DNA of 64,000 nucleotides from Hydrogenophaga sp. (GTDB lineage Bacteria; Pseudomonadota; Gammaproteobacteria; Burkholderiales; Burkholderiaceae_C): NCBI RefSeq assembly GCF_051858985.1, contig NZ_JBHYGM010000003.1, positions 161,645 to 225,644 of the forward strand, read 5' to 3'. Shown piece by piece: positions 57,752 to 64,000 of this stretch (position 1 is its first letter; each line of letters starts with the position of its first letter). The notes under the pieces were generated by a model. It saw only the letters and a program-made list of their open reading frames with translations, ran no database searches and was not told where the DNA came from. The position numbers and the translations under genes were made by a program.

Positions 57752-58647
57752 GCCAAGCGTCCTTTTTTCTGCCGCTTGCCCAGCCACAGGGCCAGTGACA
57801 CTGCCACGCCCATCACCAGCAGGGAGACCACAGTGGTCACGGTGCCCAGCGCGTAGATGGCTGGCGTGGTCACGGTCGAGGTGAGGCCCTGCAGTTCGAG
57901 CGGCAGCGTGTTGACGTCGCCAATGGCCTGCGAGGTGCGCGCGATCTCGTCCCAGCTGAGCGTGAAGCCGAACATGCCGATGCCCACCACCGAGGGGCCG
58001 ATCAGCGGCAGCACCACGTGGCGGAACCCTTGCCAGGGCGTGGCCCCCAGGTCGCGCGCGGCTTCTTCATAGGCGGGGTTGAAGCGGTTGAACACCGCGA
58101 ACATGATCAGAAGACCGAATGGCAGCGTCCAGGTAAGGTGGGCGCCGAGGGCGGACGTCATGAGGCCAAGTGCCGTGCCGTAGTTCTCCAGCGTGCCGGT
58201 GGCGCCCACCGCCTCCAGCAGCCACTTGATCCCGCCATCGAGCAGACGGAACTGCAGGCCGATGCCCAGCGAGACGATGATGGACGGCATGATCAGGCTC
58301 GCCACCGTCATGTAGAACAGTGCGTTTCCACCGCGCAGCGGTTTGCGGAACGCCAGGCCGGCGAGCACCGAGAGCACCACGGTGAACAGCATCACCACGC
58401 CACCGAGCAACAGCGAACGCAGGAAGGCCGCACCGATGTCCACCGTGCCCAGGCCTTCGGCGAGCTTGTGGAACCAGTGCAGCGAGACGCCGCGCAGCGG
58501 AAACGTGAGCCCGCCTTCGGGCCCCTGGAAGCTGAGCACGAAGATGACGAACATCGGTCCGTACATGAACAGCACGAAGAGTGCGAAGACGATCGCCAGG
58601 GGCCAGAAGCCGGGGGCGCGAGGTTCGGAAATGCGCTGGGTGGCCAT
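57748..58647 (-). CDS. ABC permease, PotC-like
   Basis: FMYGP, YEEAARDLGATPWQGFRHVVLP (EAA loop), FTLSWDE. Confidence 0.9.
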   Translation of the reverse strand: MATQRISEPRAPGFWPLAIVFALFVLFMYGPMFVIFVLSFQGPEGGLTFPLRGVSLHWFHKLAEGLGTVDIGAAFLRSLLLGGVVMLFTVVLSVLAGLAFRKPLRGGNALFYMTVASLIMPSIIVSLGIGLQFRLLDGGIKWLLEAVGATGTLENYGTALGLMTSALGAHLTWTLPFGLLIMFAVFNRFNPAYEEAARDLGATPWQGFRHVVLPLIGPSVVGIGMFGFTLSWDEIARTSQAIGDVNTLPLELQGLTSTVTTPAIYALGTVTTVVSLLVMGVAVSLALWLGKRQKKGRLA

Positions 58648-58649
58648 GC

Positions 58650-59549
58650 TCAGAGCTCCTTTCTGATGTCGACCAGGCGCGTCAGCCCCCAGATGATCAT
58701 CAGCACGATGGCCAGCAGGATCACCGCGTTGGCCGCAGCCAGCGGAAACTGCAGGTACGAGGTCTGCACCTGGATGATCTTGCCCACCGAGGCAATCTGC
58801 TGCCCGCCCATCACGCCGATGGTGACGAAGTCGCCCATGACGATGGTGATGACGAAGATCGAGCCGATGATGATGCCGGTCTTGGACAGCGGCACGATGA
58901 CGTTCCACAGCGTCTGCCAGCTGCTCGCGCCACTGTCGCTGGCGGCTTCGAGCAGGCTGCGGTCGATGCGCATCATGCTGTTGAAGATCGGCACGATCAT
59001 GAACATGGTGTAGAGGTGCACGAAAGCGAGCACCACCGAGAAGTCGGAGAACAGCAGCCATTCCACCGGCTCGTTGATGAGGCCCGCGCCCATGAGGCCC
59101 TGGTTCACCAGCCCGTTGCGCCCCAGCAGCGGCACCCAGGAAATCATGCGGATGACGTTGGACGTCCAGAACGGCACGGTGCACAGCACGAACAGCAGCG
59201 TCTGCATGCCCGGCGAGCGAACGTGGAAGGCGAGGAAATAAGCCACCGCAAAACCCACCACGAGCGTGATGCCCCAGACCAGGAGGCAGAACTTGAGCGT
59301 CGAGAGGTAGGTGGAGAGCGAAACGCAGAAATCGCCGTGCTCGGTGAGCACCGAGCAACCTTCAAAGATGGCGGCGTAGTTGCGCAGCGTGAAGCCGGGG
59401 ATGAGCTCGTATTCGTTGAAGTTCCAGAAGCTCACCATGACGGTGAGCGCCAGCGGGATGAGGAAAAACACCACGAACACCAGCGTGAACGGCGCGGCCT
59501 GCCACCAGGCACGCACGGTCTTGATGGGGTTCGTGGTGGAGGTGGTCAT
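58650..59549 (-). CDS. ABC permease, PotB-like
   Basis: VPFWTSNVIR, SLLEAASDSGASSWQTLWNVIVPL, MGDFVT. Confidence 0.9.
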   Translation of the reverse strand: MTTSTTNPIKTVRAWWQAAPFTLVFVVFFLIPLALTVMVSFWNFNEYELIPGFTLRNYAAIFEGCSVLTEHGDFCVSLSTYLSTLKFCLLVWGITLVVGFAVAYFLAFHVRSPGMQTLLFVLCTVPFWTSNVIRMISWVPLLGRNGLVNQGLMGAGLINEPVEWLLFSDFSVVLAFVHLYTMFMIVPIFNSMMRIDRSLLEAASDSGASSWQTLWNVIVPLSKTGIIIGSIFVITIVMGDFVTIGVMGGQQIASVGKIIQVQTSYLQFPLAAANAVILLAIVLMIIWGLTRLVDIRKEL

Positions 59550-59554
59550 GGCGT

Positions 59555-60847
59555 TCAGGCTGCGACGAACTCGTTCCACTTCCTGACCATGTACTCGTTC
59601 TCGTCCATCACCGCGTTCCAGCAGGCGATGCCGCCCATGCGCGCCTCGTAGCTGCCGCCATCGCGCACAGCGCCGGCCTTGGCTAGCACGTCGCCGTTGG
59701 GGCTCTTGATGTCCTGCGAGGCGGGCTTGCCTTCCATCCAGTAGGCCCACTCATAGGCTTCCATCTTGGTCTTGGCCGTGTCGAGCACCGCGCTGTAGTA
59801 GCCCTGGCGGTTCAGGTAGGCGCCGGCCCAGCCGTCGAGGAACCAGTTGATGAACTCGTAGGCGCCATCCTGCTTGCGCCCGCTGAGCGTGGTGGGCAGG
59901 CCGAAGCCGGCGGCCCACGCGCGGTATCCCTCTTTCAGCGGCTGGAAGTTGCAGGCAATGCCCTTGGTGCGCACGGCCGTCACCGCCGGGCTCCACATCG
60001 ACTGGATCACCACCTCGCCCGAGGCCATGAGGTTCACCGACTCGTTGAAGTCCTTCCACAGCGCGCGGAACTGGCCGGCCTTCTTGGCTTCGATCAGGGT
60101 CTTGATCGTCAGGTCGATCTCGGCCTTGCTCATGTTGCCCTTGTCCTTGTACTTGTGGATGCCCTTGGCCTCCACCACCATCGCGGCGTCCATGATGCCG
60201 ATGGACGGGATGTTCAGGATCGCCGCCTTGCCCTTGAACTCGGGGTTGAGCAGCTCGGCCCAGCTTTCAATGGGGCGCCTGATGAGGTCGGGCCGGATGC
60301 CCAGCGTGTCGGCGTTGTAGACCGTGGGGATCAGCGACATGTACTGAGTGGGCGCGGTGGCGAACTTCTTGCTCTTCTCGCCCTCAAGGTAGATCACCTT
60401 CTTCGGCGCCGTGCCCTGGTCGCCCACGGTCTTGCCTGCCACCGTGCCGGTGGTGAACAGCGGCGTGATCTTGTCGGCGTTCTTGATCTTTTTGGTGTCG
60501 ATGCCCTTGAGGTTGCCCGTGGGCACGATCTTCTTCAGCGAGAAGTATTCGGTGTCGATCAGGTCGAAGCTGTTGGGCGCGGTCACGGCACGCTTGGTCA
60601 CGTCGTCGGTGGTCACGGCCACGTACTGGATCTCGATGCCGGTGTCGGCCTTGAACTTCTCGGCGATGGCCTTGTCCTGGTTCACGGCGGTGCCGAGGTA
60701 GCGCAGGACGATCTTGTCTTGCGCGTGCACGGCGGGCGCCATGCCTGTGGCCAGTATGCCGGCCATGCCGGCAGTGCCTTGCAGCAGGCTGCGGCGGCTC
60801 AGGCCGGTCGGGGTGGCGAGGGTGGGCTCTTGATCGGGCTTGGACAT
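59555..60847 (-). CDS. ABC substrate-binding protein, PotD/PotF-like, with Tat signal
   Basis: SRRSLL twin-arginine motif then AVHA/Q; PTVYNAD, SWAELLNPEFKGK, GEVVIQSMWSP, EGYRAW. Confidence 0.88.
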   Translation of the reverse strand: MSKPDQEPTLATPTGLSRRSLLQGTAGMAGILATGMAPAVHAQDKIVLRYLGTAVNQDKAIAEKFKADTGIEIQYVAVTTDDVTKRAVTAPNSFDLIDTEYFSLKKIVPTGNLKGIDTKKIKNADKITPLFTTGTVAGKTVGDQGTAPKKVIYLEGEKSKKFATAPTQYMSLIPTVYNADTLGIRPDLIRRPIESWAELLNPEFKGKAAILNIPSIGIMDAAMVVEAKGIHKYKDKGNMSKAEIDLTIKTLIEAKKAGQFRALWKDFNESVNLMASGEVVIQSMWSPAVTAVRTKGIACNFQPLKEGYRAWAAGFGLPTTLSGRKQDGAYEFINWFLDGWAGAYLNRQGYYSAVLDTAKTKMEAYEWAYWMEGKPASQDIKSPNGDVLAKAGAVRDGGSYEARMGGIACWNAVMDENEYMVRKWNEFVAA

Positions 60848-60905
60848 GGCAAATCTCCTGCGGTGCGGTGGTGGGAAGGAAACGAAAGAAAACGACGCCT
60901 GGGTG

Positions 60906-61931
60906 TCAGGCGTGCAGCGAAGGCGCAAAGCTGTGCGCCTGCCAGGCCGCCCAGCTCAGGCTGACCCGGTCTCCAGGCGCATACGGACGCTGGGCAAAAC
61001 TCGCCTCGGGCAGCATCACCGAGACGCTCTCTCCCGCATGGCCTTCGGCCAGGTGCAGGCCGAGCAGCACATAGCTGCCCTGGTACTCGACATCGTTCAC
61101 CGTGGCCGGCCAGCCGTTTTCACCGGCGTCCAGCGGCGCGACGCGGATGTGGTCGTTGCGAACGGCCACCTTGCCCTGCGTGGTCTGCAGCACGTTGTGT
61201 CCGCCCATGAAGCGGGCCACGAACTCGCTGGCCGGCCGGTTGTAGACCTCGTGCGGCGAGCCCACCTGTTCGATGCGGCCGTGGTCCATCACCACCATGG
61301 TGTCGGCCAGGGCCATCGCTTCTTCCTGCGAATGCGTGACGTGGATGAAGGTCAGGCCCAGATCTCTCTGCCAGCGGCGCAACTCGGCGCGCATCTGCAC
61401 GCGCAGGAAAGGATCCAGCGCAGAAAGGGGTTCGTCGAGCAGCAGCACGCGCGGCTGCGTGATGAGGGCGCGCGCCAGCGCCACGCGCTGCTGCTGGCCA
61501 CCCGAGAGCTCACCCGGCTTGCGCGCGCTGAGGTGTCCCATGGCCACGCGTTCCAGCAGGTCCTGCGCCTGCTTGTGGCGTGCGTCCTTCGCCACGCCCT
61601 TCATCTTCAGGCTGAACGCCACGTTGTCGAGCGCAGAGAGGTGCGGAAAGAGCGCAAAGCTCTGGAACATCATGGCCGTGCCGCGCCCGGCGGCAGGAAG
61701 GTGGGTGATGTTGCGGTTCTCCAGCAGGATGTCGCCGCTGGTGGTGGTCTCGTGACCCGCGATCATGCGAAGCGTGGTGCTCTTGCCGCAACCCGACGGC
61801 CCGAGCAGGCAGCAGTAGCTCCCGCTGGCAATGCGCAGGTTGATGGCGTCCACCGCCACGCTGCCTGCGGCGTACTGCTTGGTCAGCGCGATGAGTTCAA
61901 TGCCGGCGGCCTGGGGCGTGGGATCGTTCAT
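60906..61931 (-). CDS. ABC ATPase, PotA-like
   Basis: [57 protein letters not shown]-like C-terminus. Confidence 0.92.
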   Translation of the reverse strand: MNDPTPQAAGIELIALTKQYAAGSVAVDAINLRIASGSYCCLLGPSGCGKSTTLRMIAGHETTTSGDILLENRNITHLPAAGRGTAMMFQSFALFPHLSALDNVAFSLKMKGVAKDARHKQAQDLLERVAMGHLSARKPGELSGGQQQRVALARALITQPRVLLLDEPLSALDPFLRVQMRAELRRWQRDLGLTFIHVTHSQEEAMALADTMVVMDHGRIEQVGSPHEVYNRPASEFVARFMGGHNVLQTTQGKVAVRNDHIRVAPLDAGENGWPATVNDVEYQGSYVLLGLHLAEGHAGESVSVMLPEASFAQRPYAPGDRVSLSWAAWQAHSFAPSLHA

Positions 61932-61943
61932 GCAGATCGCATC

Positions 61944-61960
61944 TGCATAACGCGTGCCAG
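61944..61960 (-). promoter_or_regulatory. Sigma54 (-24/-12) promoter of the Pot-like operon
   Basis: Minus strand CTGGCACGCGTTATGCA = TGGCAC with exact GG-N10-GC spacing. Confidence 0.75.
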
Positions 61961-61964
61961 GCAG

Positions 61965-62080
61965 TTTGTACGCAGTTTTCACCAGATTGCGTACAAAAAG
62001 GCACCCGGTTTGTGCGCACTCGCGCGGTGGAGTCCGGTTTCCATCCATCGCGGTGCAGGTCACCCGCACCAGCTTGTCGC
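61965..62080. promoter_or_regulatory. Operator-like inverted repeat plus NtrC-like enhancer cores
   Basis: TTTGTACGCA (61965-74)/TGCGTACAAA (61988-97) perfect inverted repeat; GCAC-N7-GTGC at 62001-15; weaker cores at 62016-30 and 62066-80. Confidence 0.55.
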
Positions 62081-62125
62081 TTCGCGCCAGCCCGGTGCGT
62101 GGCCCTCTCGGCAGATAATCCCGCC

Positions 62126-63001
62126 ATGCACATCCGATTCACCAAGATGCAGGGCGCGGGCAACGATTTCGTCGTGCTCGACGAGACGCAGGGACGCCTG
62201 GGCCTGAGCACCGCCCAGTACCGCTTCCTGGCCGACCGGCATTTTGGTGTGGGCGCCGACCAGATCCTGAGCGTGCGGCCGTCGCCCGGCGCCGGCCTGG
62301 ACTTCGAATACGCCATCCACAACGCCGACGGCGGCGAGGTGGAGCACTGCGGCAACGGCGCCCGCTGCTTCGTGCGCTACGTGCACGACAAGGGCCTGAG
62401 CCTGAAGAACCCGCTGCGCGTGAAGGTGACCCATGGCGAACTGGAACTGCGCATGCACGCCGACGGCCGCGTCACCGTGGACATGGGGCCGCCGGTGTTC
62501 GCGCTGGACCGCGTGCCTTTCCTCTCCAAGGACCTGAAGAGCGACGCCATGGGCGATTTCGAGCGCTGGCCGCTGTCGCTCCCTTACGTGGGCGACGTGC
62601 CGGTGGCCGTGCTGTCCATGGGCAATCCGCACGCGGTGCTGGTGGTCGAAGACGTCGAGACCGCCTCCGTGCAGGCCTGGGGTCCGTGGATCGAATCGCA
62701 CGAACGCTTCCCGCAGCGCGTCAACGCCGGATTCCTGCAGGTGGTCAACCGCGGCGAAGTGCGCTTGCGCGTGTACGAGCGCGGCGCCGGCGAAACCCTG
62801 GCCTGCGGCACCGGCGCGTGCGCCGCCGTGGTGGCGGGCATCCGTCTGGGGCTGCTGGACGCCAGGGTGGATGTTCACACCCGTGGCGGTGTGCTCACCA
62901 TCGAATGGCAGAACAGCCCGGCGCATGACCAGCCGGTTTACATGACCGGCCCGGCCACCACCGTGTTCGACGGCGAGATCGACGTGCCCGATCTCGTTTG
63001 A
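62126..63001 (+). CDS. dapF: Diaminopimelate epimerase
   Basis: [47 protein letters not shown]. Confidence 0.96.
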   Translation: MHIRFTKMQGAGNDFVVLDETQGRLGLSTAQYRFLADRHFGVGADQILSVRPSPGAGLDFEYAIHNADGGEVEHCGNGARCFVRYVHDKGLSLKNPLRVKVTHGELELRMHADGRVTVDMGPPVFALDRVPFLSKDLKSDAMGDFERWPLSLPYVGDVPVAVLSMGNPHAVLVVEDVETASVQAWGPWIESHERFPQRVNAGFLQVVNRGEVRLRVYERGAGETLACGTGACAAVVAGIRLGLLDARVDVHTRGGVLTIEWQNSPAHDQPVYMTGPATTVFDGEIDVPDLV

Positions 63002-63027
63002 GCGCCTCTACCGTACAGTGCAGGACC

Positions 63028-63708
63028 ATGAACCCCAACCAGATTCCGCCCATCACCGAAGACGACATCGCCAACTACCTGGCGAACACGCCCGACTTCT
63101 TCGAGCGTCACGCCAGCCTGCTGGCCGCCGTGCAGCTCACCAGCCCGCACGGCCAGCGCGCCGTGAGCCTGCAGGAGCGCCAGGCGGAGATGCTGCGCGA
63201 GAAGATCCGTGGCCTGGAGCTCAAGGCCGCCGAGATGATCCGCAACGGCCATGAGAACACCACCATCGCCGACAAGCTGCAGCGCTGGACCCGCGAGCTG
63301 CTCCTCACGCGGGAGGCGGTCGAACTGCCCACCGTGGCCGCGCGCGCGATCGGCGAGCACTTCCTGGTGCCGCAGGTGGCCATCAAAGTGTGGGACGTGG
63401 CACCTGAATACACCGATGAAGATTTTGCGCAGGGCGCCAGCGACGACGTGAGGGCCTTTGCCTCCTCGCTCATGCACCCGTATTGCGGTGCCAACCCGGG
63501 GCTGGAGGCCGCGCAGTGGCTGGCCGACCCGGCCTCTGCCGCTTCGCTGGCGCTGATTCCCCTGCGCGCCGGCCTGGCTCCGCAGGCCTTCGGACTGCTG
63601 GTGCTGGCTTCGGCCGACCACCAGCGCTTTGCCGCCGACATGGGCACCGATTTCCTGGAGCGCATCGGCGAACTCTCTAGCGCTGCGCTTTCTCGGTTGC
63701 GGCCATGA
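63028..63708 (+). CDS. DUF484 (YigA-like) protein
   Basis: IANYL..TPDFF, RAVSLQERQ..LR, S.ALIPL, GLLVLAS.D..RF...MGT.FL; conserved dapF-yigA-xerC order. Confidence 0.9.
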   Translation: MNPNQIPPITEDDIANYLANTPDFFERHASLLAAVQLTSPHGQRAVSLQERQAEMLREKIRGLELKAAEMIRNGHENTTIADKLQRWTRELLLTREAVELPTVAARAIGEHFLVPQVAIKVWDVAPEYTDEDFAQGASDDVRAFASSLMHPYCGANPGLEAAQWLADPASAASLALIPLRAGLAPQAFGLLVLASADHQRFAADMGTDFLERIGELSSAALSRLRP

Positions 63709-64000
63709 GTGAATCCACCAGCGCCGAAGACGCCGCGCTGGTGACGGCCTACCTGAACCACGTTCGCGTGGAAAAACGCCTGGCCGATCGCACGGTCGAG
63801 CTCTACACCCTGGACCTGGAAAAACTGGCTGCGCACGCCAGCGAGGCGGGCGTGTCCCTCACGCAAGTACAAAGCCCGCACATCCGGCGGTGGGTGGCGA
63901 AGATGCACGGTGGGGGCCGCAGCGCACGCGGCATCGCGCTCATCCTTTCGGGCTGGCGCGGGTTTTACGTCTGGTTGGGGCGCCAGGGCACCATTCATCA
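63705..64000 (+). CDS. xerC: Tyrosine recombinase XerC, 5' part
   Basis: Manual translation MSESTSAEDAALVTAYLNHVRVEKRLADRTVELYTLDLEKL...IRRWVAKMH...RGIALILSGWRGFY; ATGA overlap; canonical position after dapF-yigA; runs off the window. Confidence 0.88.
   Translation, partial: MSESTSAEDAALVTAYLNHVRVEKRLADRTVELYTLDLEKLAAHASEAGVSLTQVQSPHIRRWVAKMHGGGRSARGIALILSGWRGFYVWLGRQGTIH

Noticed and set aside
63705-64000. XerC as the integrase of the accessory island
   Set aside because: It lies in the housekeeping dapF-yigA-xerC operon about 45 kb from the island.
1-64000. tRNA, rRNA, tmRNA, IS elements or prophage genes
   Set aside because: No cloverleaf/T-loop signature, rRNA-like tract, transposase motif or phage structural gene was recognised by eye; a tRNAscan/ISEScan run would be needed to exclude them formally.

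Overview
A GC-rich betaproteobacterial chromosome segment. The gene set and order (pyrC-DUF3025-htpX, Nudix-MBL fusion, dapF-DUF484-xerC) look Comamonadaceae-like; this placement is an inference. The backbone carries atuCDEF-like acyclic terpene/branched acyl-CoA catabolism genes, an MdtABC-type RND pump with an outer-membrane factor, and a LIV-type ABC operon with an embedded acyl-CoA ligase facing a two-gene AtuA module. It also carries rnpB, a divergent pair of Crp-family genes, a PotABCD-like transporter with GntR and racemase genes behind a sigma54/NtrC-like promoter, and dapF-yigA-xerC. An accessory block (~5750-19100) holds three genes at its left end: a secreted hypothetical, an unassigned ~527-aa protein built of about ten degenerate ~41-aa helical repeats, and a SRAP/HMCES peptidase. 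These are followed by a visibly lower-GC restriction-like defence locus, MORC/GHKL ATPase-Z1-DUF4420-AIPR (Mza-like), converging on a vsr-C5 methyltransferase pair. The most unusual non-gene structure is a REP-derived mosaic of 7x21-bp and 3x45-bp repeats between mdtA and mdtB that forms an uninterrupted ORF bridging the two genes. Other notable signals are a four-box operator before a His-less Fic protein, a structured htpX leader behind a sigma32 promoter, and several apparently leaderless genes. No CRISPR array, tRNA, rRNA, transposase or island integrase was found. No database searches could be run, so family calls rest on recognised motifs.
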